Shown here: positions 51,674 to 62,680 of the stretch, in pieces
How positions within the stretch are numbered: position 1 is the stretch's first letter
How the letters are laid out: each line of letters opens with the position of its first letter
NCBI RefSeq assembly: GCF_963921235.1
Contig: NC_086109.1
Coordinates: forward strand, 14,324,001 to 14,388,000
DNA length: 64,000 nucleotides
Direction: 5' to 3'
From: Mobula hypostoma
Taxonomy: Eukaryota
Position numbers and translations under genes: made by a program
The notes under the pieces: generated by a model
Databases searched by the model: none
What the model was told of the DNA's origin: nothing
Seen by the model: only the letters and a program-made list of their open reading frames with translations

Positions 51674-52895
51674 GTAGGTCCATGAAATTTGTTGATTTGC
51701 AGCAGCAGTACAGTGCCATAAACAAAACTACTCTAAATTACCATATGAAATATATATATAATTAAATTAATTAAGTAGAGCAAAAGTAACGAGGTAGTAT
51801 TCTTGGGTTGGTTTATTGCCTGTTCGGAAGTGTGATGGCAGAGGGAAATCTGTTCCTATAACATTAAGTGTGTGTCTTTTGGCTCTGTACCTCCCCTCAG
51901 ATAGTAGTAATAAGAAAAGAGCACATCCTGGATGATGTGGGTCTTTAATGATAGATGTCACCTTTTAAAACGTCGCCCTTTGAAGATGTCCTCGATGCTA
52001 GTTTAAATGCGTCTCTAAATCTAGTCAAACCCTGCCGCTTTGATGGTTAAACACAATCCATCTACTTGCTGAGCAAACCAGGGCGTTCTCACCTGTGTCT
52101 TGGCCAATCTATATCCATTAACTCATAAGGAAGAGGGTCAGTGAGCGTGGATGGGCTGGAGGGAGATGTCTGCTAGGAAGGTCTACCTACACCACTGCCT
52201 CGGCCACATAGTTATCTGGGTCTTATCTCACTGTGGGTTCCTACTGTGTGAAATTATAAGTGTGTACTTACTTCACAAAGCCCTGTTAAAATAGAGCCAC
52301 AGGTTTCTAGAGTTACACAGTACAGAATTAGGCCCTTCAGCTGAACTTGCCAATGGAGACAAGGCCACCTTTCCAAGTTAGTCCCATTTGTCTGTGTTTG
52401 GCCCATATCCCTCAAAACCTTTCCTATCCATGCACCTGTCTAAATGTCCCCTTAATGTTTTAATTATAAGACCATAGGCATAGGGGAAATTAGGCCATTC
52501 AGCCCATTAAGTCTGCTCCACCATTCCATCATGGCTGATTTATTATCCCTCTCAACCCCATTATACCATGCCTCTACCACTCCCCGGCAGCTCATTCCAT
52601 ATACTCATGACCTGTGAGAAAATGTTGCCCCTCAGGTCCCCTTTAAACCTTTCCCACTCACCTTAAACCCATAGCTTCTGGTTTTAGACTTCTCTGTTTT
52701 TGGAAGGAGTCTGTGACTATCCACCTTACCTATGCCCCTCATGATTTTATAAATTGATTTGGTCATATATCAGCCTCCTTCACTCCAGGGAAATAATCCC
52801 AGCCTATCCAGATTCTTCTGCAATTAATAATAAACAAAAATTCAGGATCATTGGTGAGCTAAATTCAAAACTAAATCCTACAAACATCCATTAGT

Positions 52896-54402
52896 AAACA
52901 TAGAAACATAGAAAACCTACAACACAATACAGGCTGTCCGGCCCATAATGCTGTGCTGAACATGTACTTACTTTAGAGATTACCTAGGGTCACTCATAGC
53001 TCTCAATTTTTCTAAGCTCCATGTACCTATCCAGGAGTCCCTTAGAAGACCCTGTTGTATCTGCCTCCACCACCGTCACCGGCAGCTTATTTCACACACT
53101 CTCCACTCTCTGCATAAAAAACTTACCCTTGACATCTTCTCTGTACTCTCTTCCACGCACCTTAAAACTGTGTCCTCTCATGTTAGCCATTTCAACCCTG
53201 TGAAAGAGCCTCTGACTATCCACACGATCAATGTCTGTCATCATCTTACACACCTTAACAGGTCACCCGTCATCCTCTGTCGCTCCAAGGAGAAAAGGCC
53301 AAGTTCACTCAACGTATTCTCATAAGGCATGCTCCCCAATCTAGGCAACATCCTTGTAAGTCTCCTCTGCACCTTTTCTATAGTTTCCACATCCTTCCTG
53401 TAGTGAGGTGATCAGAAATGAGCGTAGTACTCTAAGTGGGGTCTGACCAGGGTCCTATATAGCTGTAACATTACCTCTCAGCTCTTAAACTCAATTCCAC
53501 AGTTGATGAAGGCCAATGCACCGTATGCCTTCTTAACCACAGAGTCAACCTGCGCAGCAGCATTGAGTGTCCTATGGACTCGGACCCCAAGATCCCTCTG
53601 ATCCTCCACACTGCCAAGAGTCTTACCATTAATACTATATTCTGCCATCATACTTGACCTACCAAAATGAACCACCTCACACTTATTTCGATTGAACAGC
53701 CACTTCTCAGCCCAGTTTTGCATCCTATTGATGCCCCACTGTAACCTCTGACAGCCCTCCACACTATCCACAACATCCACAACCTTTTTGTCATCAGTAA
53801 ATTTACTAACCCATCCCTCCACTTCCTCATCCAGGTCATTTATAAAAATCACAAACAGACAGATCCCTGAGGCACACCACTGATCACCAACCTCCATGCA
53901 GAATATGACCCGTCTACAGCCACTCTTTGCCTTCTGTGTGCAAGTCAATTCTGGATCCACAAAGCAAGGTCCCCTTGGATCCCATGCCTCCTAATTTTCT
54001 CAATAAGCCTTACATGGGGTACCTTATCAAATGCCTTGCTGAAATCCATATACACTACATCTACTGCTCTACCTTCATCAGTGTGTTTAGTCACATCCTC
54101 AAAAAATTCAATCAGGCTCGTAAGGCAGGACCTGCCTTTGACAAAGCCATGCTGACTATTCCTAATCATATTATGCCTCTCCAAATGTTCATAAATCCTG
54201 CCTCTCAGGATCTTTTCCATCAACTTACCAATCACTGAAGTAAGACTCACTGGTCTATAATTTCCTGGGCTATCTCTACTCCCTTTCTTCAATAAGGGAA
54301 CAACATCTGCAACCCTCCAGTCCTCCGGAACCTCTCCTGTCCCCATTGATGATGCAAAGTTCATTGTCGGAGGCACAGCAATCTCCTCCCTCGCCTCCCA
54401 CC
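52896..54402 (-). mobile_element. CR1 RT and 3' fragment
   Basis: ORFs 53945..54376 (YRPVSLTS, DFSKAFDKVPH) and 53478..53960, with a (CTATGTTT)n tail. Confidence 0.9.
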
Positions 54403-54762
54403 ATGTTATTAAAATTCAATTTTTCAAGTAGATTCATTCTTTACCTGTCTCTTGCCTTTGAGATCTGCAGTGGGATGCAATCTTTAATAAAAGAACAGTT
54501 CTGGTCAGTTTGCAACAGCCTGCTTTAAATGTCTGGACTAACGATTATTTTGTTCTCCTTTATACTTGTATACTGGAAATGATATTAAATCATCTGGAAT
54601 GGCTAGTCAATCTAGAAAGGGAAAGACCTATCTCAACAGCAGCTGGGTAGGACAATACATGTCAGCCACCATAAGGACAACTTGTGTTCAGTTCTGGTTG
54701 CCTCAGTATAGGAAGGATGTAGAAGTTTCAGGAAAGGTGCAAAGGAGATTTATCAGGATACT

Positions 54763-54901
54763 TAAACAGGAGGAATTCTGCAGATGCTGGAAATTCAAGC
54801 AACACACATCAAAGTTGCTGGTGAACTGTACATCGACTGTACCTCTTCCTAGAGATGCTGCCTGGCCTGCTGCGTTCACCAGCAACTTTGATGTGTGTTG
54901 C
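54763..54901. mobile_element. Short inverted Penelope-terminus insertion with a 14-bp TSD, inside a CR1 fragment
   Basis: TTTATCAGGATACT at 54749-54762 and 54902-54915. Internal inverted repeat AAGCAACACACATCAAAGTTGCTGGTGAAC. Confidence 0.82.
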
Positions 54902-56247
54902 TTTATCAGGATACTGCTTGGATTAGAGAATATGTCTTATGAAGAAAGACTGAACAAACTAGGGCAAAGGAGGATGAGAGGTGTTTAAGATGATAAGAGG
55001 CATAGAACAAGTGGACAGCCAGCGCATTTTTCCCAGGATGGCAATGGCTAATAGGAGAGGGCATAATTTTAAGGTGATTGGAGAAAAGAATAGGGTGGAT
55101 GTCACAGGTACTGTAGGTATTTTTTACAGAGACTGGTAAGTGCGTGGAATGCACTGCTGGGTGTGGTGGCAGAGTCAGATAAAGTAGGGACATTTAAGAG
55201 ACTCTAAGACACATGGGTGAAAGAAAATGGAGGGGTTATGCGGGAGGAAAGGGTTAGATTGATCTTGGAGTAGGTTAAAATGTTGGCACAACATTGTGGG
55301 CCAAAGGGCCTGCACTCTGCTATACTGTTCCATCTAATTCATGGCCTGGGGTTGAGGCTGAGCTAACACCACAGCTATCTGTCTGTTACCAAATTTGTGC
55401 AGTCACTTCCCCTGTGCCCATAAACCTGTTAACATTTAGACACCATCCACCTTCTCTAAACTCTGATACACACGTATAGAAGGGAGAAAAGACTGATGAA
55501 GAGAGCGTGAAGGAGATTTCTGGAAAAGAGAATAGCACGTAACACAGCATACTTTTACGAAGGTATTTGGATTTTCACCATTATTGCAGTGTACAATAAT
55601 GAGAAAGTATACATGTTAAGTTCATATATGTAGGCATGTTCTTTTAATGTGTCCCCAACACATAGTACCAGAGGTAGGACAGCACAGGTTTGACACATAA
55701 TCACTACACTGTCATAGGCAAACAGTACAGAGGTGTGACTTAAGCCATAGTCCCTTGTCACATCAGTTGTGTTATACACGTACACAATCCTTTCCAGAGA
55801 AGGCAGGTGACCCATTCCAATATAGAGGTGGCCATGATTTTGAGGAGCCCACTGATGAGGAGGTATCCAACTGCAGGGCACTACTCAGAGCACACTGTTG
55901 AGTCCAATGAGTTGAATAGTGACCAACATATGGCCCCCTCAGTTGTCAGAGCCAATTAAAGAAGATCAGGATTGCAGGGATAAGGTGTGGTAATTGTGTT
56001 CCTGATTACAGCTGGATGCCTAGAGGAGAATTCTTGATTTATAGCATCAAATATCAAGCTTGCAGTGACTTGGTTTCCATAGATCTAATGCACATGGTTT
56101 GGTTCACGTTCACAGCCTGAAATGTTCATCCAGGTCCTAACAACAGAGTCTTGACCTCACAATCTACCTCATTATGACTTTGCACTTCACTATTTTCCTG
56201 CACTTCACTTTTCCGGTAGCTTTTGCACTTAATTCTGCTCTATTATT

Positions 56248-56487
56248 AACACAAGATAATCTGCAGATGCTGTGATCAAAGCAACACTTTCAGTACGCTG
56301 GATGAACTCAGTAGGTTGGGCAGCATCAGTTAGAAGCGATGATTCGACGTTTTGGGCCGGACCTCTTCGTCAGGACTGAAAAATGAAAGAGTCCTGACGA
56401 AGGGTTCCAGCCCGAAACGTTGAATCATTGTTTCTAACTGATGCTGCCTGACTTACTGAGTTCATCCAGCGTACTGAAAGTGTTGCT
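56248..56487. mobile_element. Head-to-head inverted pair of hammerhead-bearing Penelope termini
   Basis: Arms 56280-56377 and 56390-56487 are reverse complements with a few mismatches, and each contains CTGACGA. Confidence 0.82.
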
Positions 56488-56831
56488 CTGCATTATTATT
56501 GTTTTGCCTTGTTCTTCCCCATTGCACTGTGTAATCTTTTGACTGTATGAACAGTATGCAAGACAAACTTTTCAACGTACGTTTGTGCATTTGACAATAA
56601 TAAACCAATATCAATACCTCAATCTGCCTGGTTGATGTGATCTGCCACTCCAAACTGCCCACTGCTTTGGGGCCAACATCAGACACCTAATACAAAACCG
56701 ATGCCTCCTCAGAGCTGGGTGGCTACATTTTGTGCTTGTTACAGTGAAAATTGTGCCTATCAAGTTAATCTGTCCACCTCACTTCTGCACAGTGTACTCG
56801 ACCTCAAAAGTCACGTCCAAAACTGATGTAC

Positions 56832-56943
56832 CTGCAGACAGTAGGCCACGGATTCTCATGTCCTCATCCTGCACTCTGTCCAAGGGAATCCCAAGTTGTC
56901 CATCAAAGAAGAGAATCAGCAGAAGCAGATGGAAGGTCCTCAT
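56832..56943 (-). CDS. kiss1: Kisspeptin-1 precursor, first coding exon with signal peptide: MRTFHLLLLILFFDGQLGIPLDRVQDEDMRIRGLLSA
   Basis: ATG in GCAATGA context just after the acceptor TTTGTAGCTTATCAG. Hydrophobic h-region. Donor CAG|GTACAT is phase 1, matching the downstream exon. This exon is absent from the ORF track. Confidence 0.85.
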
Positions 56944-57727
56944 TGCAGAGACCTGATAAGCTACAAAGATATGAAAGAGTTACAATTGCTCAGTGCTTCA
57001 AAAGAGATGATCATTTTCATTCAGAGATTCAGCATTTGGCTTTCAAGTTTCCTGTTTTACAGACCTAGAACAGGAGGATCTTTTGAACTCTCTTAGTAAT
57101 CCCTATAATCATGTGGTATATTAAAGATGTTGTCAATCGCTAAAAGATGAGTTGGAGTACTAGAAGATTAAGTATAAATATTCGAAGAGTAGATATAAAT
57201 TTTTCAAGATTTAGGACTAGTTTTGAAATCACTATGGGAATAGCCTGGAGAATTAATCTGACTAAGCACACACTGTGTTTTGTCACTGTTGATAGTACAA
57301 CACGGTGAGAGGAAATAATACTTTAATCCCGCAGGTCCAATGCTTTAGGTACACTTGGTCATACAAACATCAGGAAGCTTGTCGCATTAAATTAGAAGGT
57401 TTGGTTTTAGATGTTCATTGTCAGGTACTTCCATCCTTGTGACTTACTAACTTTTACTCGGGATCTTCAAGTCCTGGCCAATACAGTCTTCTACCTTGTG
57501 AAGGAAATGGACAGAACCTACCAAGCTAATTCAGAAGTTCCTCAGAAACTTCCTTCAGTGAAGATTGCATCTGACGCAGAAATACCAAGCGCAGATTGGC
57601 TAGAATTGTCGATGTAGGAGACAGAGATTGGTACATTAAAGGGGATGTCCTAAAATAACAAATATCACATGGAAGTCATTGTACATTTGGGGAAAGTAAC
57701 AAATGCATGCAGGATTTGTTTTCATTT

Positions 57728-58031
57728 TGATTAGATTAGATTCAACTTTATTGTCATTGTGTCGAGCACAGATACAAAGCCAATGAAATGCAGTTAGCAT
57801 CTGACCAGAAATGCAAAGAATAGTGTTATTTACAAAATAACTGCGAATAAAAAGCAAGTGCTACAGCACACAAATATAAAAGTACTGAGACAGTACAATA
57901 TGGGTGCAATACTGCTTAGCGCTGTGATGTGAGGTTAGCAGGGTCACAGCCTCAGGGAAGAAGCTCTTACTGTGCCTGCTGGTGCGGGAGCGGAGGCTCC
58001 TGTAACACCTACCGGATGGGAGGAGAGTAAA
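57728..58031 (-). mobile_element. Rex1/Babar 3' end, same family as 463-1962
   Basis: Near-identical reverse complement of about 1652-1950. Confidence 0.9.
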
Positions 58032-58924
58032 CATTTAGGACTGTATTATTCCAAAAAGAGCAACGGATTTGAAACTTTCATATCCTTCCAAGATTACAAA
58101 GTGCTTTACCATCAATTAAGAAATTTGACAAAGGCAATGTTGTAATGGCAATTATGCCCAACAAGCTCTGACAGATAACAATAATCAGAAGACATCACTT
58201 TAGAATGATCGATTTATGGATAAATACTAAGCAGGACTTGGGATAATCCCCTTATTCTTTCTCAAGTAATGCTCTGGGACTAGAGGGATATGATGGCCTT
58301 AAATTAAATTTTGGGATTAGCAGCCAGAGTTCTAAACTATTGTTCCAGGGCCATAAGTTCAAATCCTGTCATGGTAAATGGAGAATTTAAATTTAACTAC
58401 GTAAATAAGATCTGAAAATATGGTTCAAAAATCTAGATTCAGAAAAGGCAATCTTGTAACTCTTAAGTTATCAAAAAAAGAATCAATCTGATTCACTAAT
58501 GTAAATCTGGCAGTCTCATCTGCTTAGTCCTATATACAAATTTGCCTACATACAAAAACACAACGCTTCGTGCTTAGCAAGCTGGCCATCTCTAAACTAT
58601 CTTTGTTCTGGTGGCAAGGGGGATAGGCAATAAATGTCACCATTACCAGCAACATCCATTTCCTGTAAATATTTTTTAAAAACCCTGAGGAAGGATAGAG
58701 ATGGTATTTCTGAAAGTCAGATTAAGGCAACTAATAACGAGCAACACACACAAAACGCTGGAGGAACTCAGCAGGCCAGGCAGCATCTATGGGAAAGAGT
58801 ACAGTTGAAGTTTTGGACGGAGACCTGGTGTCGCTTGGATTTTCAGTATCTGCAGATTTTCTCTTGTTTGTAACCAAGAAAGAGGCTACTTTAAACTGAA
58901 CTAAAATTGAACAAAATTTGATAA

Positions 58925-59830
58925 TGTGGCACATTGGATCAGCAAATTTGTGGGTGACACCAAGATTGGGGGTGTCATTGATAGGGAGGAAGACTATCAT
59001 GACTTGCAGAGAGATCTGCCTCAGCTAGAAAAAAAGGCTGAAAGATGGCAGATGGAATTTAATACAGACAAATGCGAGGTGTGGGACTTCGGTAGGACCA
59101 ATCAGGATAGGTCTCACATCGTGAATGGTAGGGCACTGAGGAGTGCAATAGAACAAAGGGAACTGGGAATACAGGTCCATCATTCACTGAAAGTGGTGTC
59201 ACAGGCAGCTAGAGTTGTAAAGAAAGCTCTTGGCACATTTGCCTTCATAAATGAAAGTACTGAGTACTGGAGAAGGGACGTTATATTGAAGTTGTGTAAG
59301 ACGTTCTTGAGGCCTAATTTGGAGTATTGTGTGCAGTTTTGAGGACCTTCCTACAGGAAATATGTAATTAAGGTTAAAAGAGTACAGAGAAAAGTTACGA
59401 AGATGTTGCTGGTACTAGAGGAACTGAGTTATAAGGAAAGATTGAATAGATTAAGACCTTATTCCTTGGAATGTAGAAAATTGAGGGGAGATTTGATGGA
59501 TGTATACAAAATTATGAGGGATATAGATAGGGTAACTGCAAGCAGTTTCTTTCCACTGAGGTTGAGTGGGACTACAACTAGAGGTCTTGGTTTAAGGGTG
59601 AAAGGTGAAAAGTTTAAGGGGAACATGAGGGGAAAATGCTTCATTCAGAGGGTCATGGGAGTATGGAATGAGCTGTCAGCACGAGCCTGAATTCAACATT
59701 TAGAAGTTTGGATAGGTACATGGATGGGAGGTGTTTGGAGGGCTATGGTCCCGATGCAGGCCGATGGGGGTAGGCAGTTTAAATGGTTCGGCATGGACTA
59801 TATGGCCAAAGGACCTGTTTCTGAGCTGTA
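58925..59830 (+). mobile_element. CR1 3' fragment, degenerate
   Basis: ORFs 58926..59342 and 59403..59690 (WQMEFNTDKC, LRPNLEYCVQF, RKLRGDL). Confidence 0.88.
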
Positions 59831-59859
59831 ATTTTCTATGACTCTATGGCTGTAAAATT

Positions 59860-61165
59860 GCTCACTGTGGTCCAACCCCCTTGCCTTTGCCTCCAAGATT
59901 TAGGAGAAGCCAATGGGGTTCTTTTTAAGCAAGAAGAAGCGCAGGGTCTCTACGATGGTTCTAAATCTCTAGATTGAGGAGCATGGTCAGTCTCTGAAGT
60001 GTGTTGATCCCAAGTAGTGACTCTTTGCCTTCAGATCCTGCAGGGATGCCTGTATATCGACCATTCTCCCAGGTTGCATGTTCTGGTGACGTATCTCTTC
60101 TTCCAAGGACACGGCCTTCAGGACAACACTCAACTTCTAGTGGCTAGAATCAGTCACGTCACTTTGCGAGGTTCCCCATCTCTTACCAGGACCTTTTCAG
60201 AATCAGGGACGTGGTGGCCTCCATTCTGAGCACTCCACCGTCACCAGGAGGAGATACTTCCACTGCCATAGTGGCTAGGCAAAGGGACGATCAGATAGCG
60301 GTGGAACAAGCTAGACACCTTTGGGGCTGTTGGTCAATGTATTCAGTCTTCCTGTCACAGTGAGCACGGAGAGTGGTAATTTTAGGCGGGCTTACTCTCA
60401 CTCAGCCAGATTGGACACAGGCTCTGAAAATTTTCTCTTAAACCAGTCCCACGCAATGTGAGCTGTCTCTCATGGTTGCCCCCCCCCACCCCCCATGCTG
60501 CCCCACGAGGCTCAAGGACATTTCCACATTCCCCTCTTCATTGGCCCCCATCTGCTGTGCGGGACACACTATTACAATCTATTCCACACGCGAGAGGTCC
60601 CCGGTGCAGGTCTCACTGCAGAGGAGTTCTTCGCCTCCACGTGGCGAAACTAGAGTGGAGGCCACTGTGCAGGGTAAATGCCGTGCAAAGGGCTTTTTAA
60701 GTTAGTTCATGGACTCCCACACCACTTGCCATTTCTGCATTCTCACAGGTCTCCTTTTGACGTAGGTACCGAGGATGAGAGCTTGCAGCCCCTGTTTGTG
60801 TGTCTGAAGGGGGCTGCTCCTCAAGTCCTGCCTGCCCTTCAGGCCCACTCTCTCGATCTATGGAGACACAGTGCAGAAGGGCGGCGAGTCGGCTGAGAAG
60901 TACCTTGAAGGCCTGCTTCTGGGCCTGGCTCTAGTGGCTTTTGATAGGCCCAGGCATCGGTCCACAGAGTGTTCCGCCCAAGCCAACTGCCTGCCCCTGT
61001 CCTGAGGATATACTTGTTCAGCCCCTCTTTCGAAGACACACTATATCCCAGTGCTCCTGGAGAGAGAACACATGGTGTCCACTGGCTCTCAGGAGGCTTT
61101 CCAGGACCCAGGGGCACTACAGCATCTGGGGCGGGGATGGAGATGGAAATGGAAATGAAGCAAAT
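59860..61165 (+). mobile_element. Degenerate Tx1-clade L1 ORF2 3' region
   Basis: Broken frames give IEEHGQSL.CV, VTLCLQILQGCLY, WRPL, LQPLFVCLKGLLLK, GLLLGLALVA and LEREHMVSTGSQEAF. These match my recollection of vertebrate Tx1-like C-termini. Confidence 0.65.
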
Positions 61166-62024
61166 TTTGCAAATATGAAAGGAGAACTGTTTAAATATCA
61201 AAAACATACTAGAAGATAGAATTTAAAAAACAGTACAGCCTAGGAAAAGGCCCCTTGGCTCACAGATTTGTGTTGAACTAATGAAATTGGCAATCGTGCC
61301 CACTTCTGCCCACACAGTAGAATAGGAGAGAACTTTATTGTCATTGCCCAAGACAATGTCCATATCGTTCCCTTTTACGCACATTCATGTGCCGATGTTA
61401 GAGCCTCGTGAACACCCCATTGCATTTATCTTTACCACCACCTCAGGCCGTGTATCCCAGGCATCCCCCACTCTCCGTAAAGGAAAACTTGCCCTGCACC
61501 TCCTCTTTCAACTTAATCCCCTTTCACCGTCAAAGTATGACATTTCAGCCCTGGGAAAAAGGTACTGTTAATTAACATATTTTAATTAACAATATGCTAT
61601 TTAATTAACAATAGCGTATTAACAATACGTTAATTAACATAGTTTGAAAAAAAGAAGAATATCTATGTAAAAACCCCACTTCTGCCTTTTCAGAGTTGAT
61701 GGATTTATGGTGCGTGTCTCAGAACTGAATGGGATGAGGACGATGAAAGTGTCGAGCAGTGGGGTCTCTGCCTGTGCTCCATTAATAACATGAAAGGCGC
61801 TTACAGAGATCCTGTTAACCCGATGTATCCAGCTATGCCCACTGCCTCTTCTCCCCGCTTTGAAATGATTAAAAGTACGTGCACTGTCCTACATTTAACG
61901 TAGAATCGGAGAGAGAGAGAGAGAGTACAGTAATAATCTTCAGCCCACCATGCCTATGCTGACCTTAATTCACCCACTTACAAAAATCCTACACATCTGA
62001 TTTTATTCTCCTATCATTTATGGT

Positions 62025-62680
62025 TATAGAGCAGTACAGCACAGGAACAGGCCCTTTGGCCCATCTAGTCAGTGGCTGCCCGTCTTTTTTTTTGCCTAGT
62101 TCTATCTACCCTCCATACCGTTCTCCCAACATCACAACTGAAACCACGTCTACTGTTTCCACTGGCAGGTCGTTCCACATTTGCACCCCCCTCTGCGCAA
62201 AGCACTTTCCCCCAAAATTCCCCTTAAATATTTCACCTTTCACCTTAAACCTATAATCTCTAGTTCTAGACTCACCTGCCCCGAGTGGGAAAATGCATTC
62301 ACCCCCGCCATACCCCTCATCAATTGGTCTATTAGACCTCCCTTCATTCTCCTGTGCTCCAGGAGGAAAAATACTAACATATTCAACCTATCCTCGTAAC
62401 TCAGGTATTCAAGTCCTGGCAACAGCTGTGTAAATATTCTCTGCACTCTTTCAAGTTATTGATGTCTTTCTTGTAGGTAGGTAGGCAGGCATACAATACC
62501 CAAAATTGGGTCTCACCAACAACTTGAATAACTTCAACATAATATCCCAGGTACTGCATTCCATGCCTTGATCTATGAAGGCCAATGTGCTAAAAGCTCT
62601 CTTTAAAACCCTATCTAACTGTGATTCCACTTTCAAGGAATTACGGATCTGAATTCCCAGGTTCCTTTGTTCTATGGCAT
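62025..62680 (-). mobile_element. Degenerate CR1 3' fragment
   Basis: ORFs 62240..62446 and 62451..62744 (QRIFTQLLPGL, LVRPNFGYC). Confidence 0.78.
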
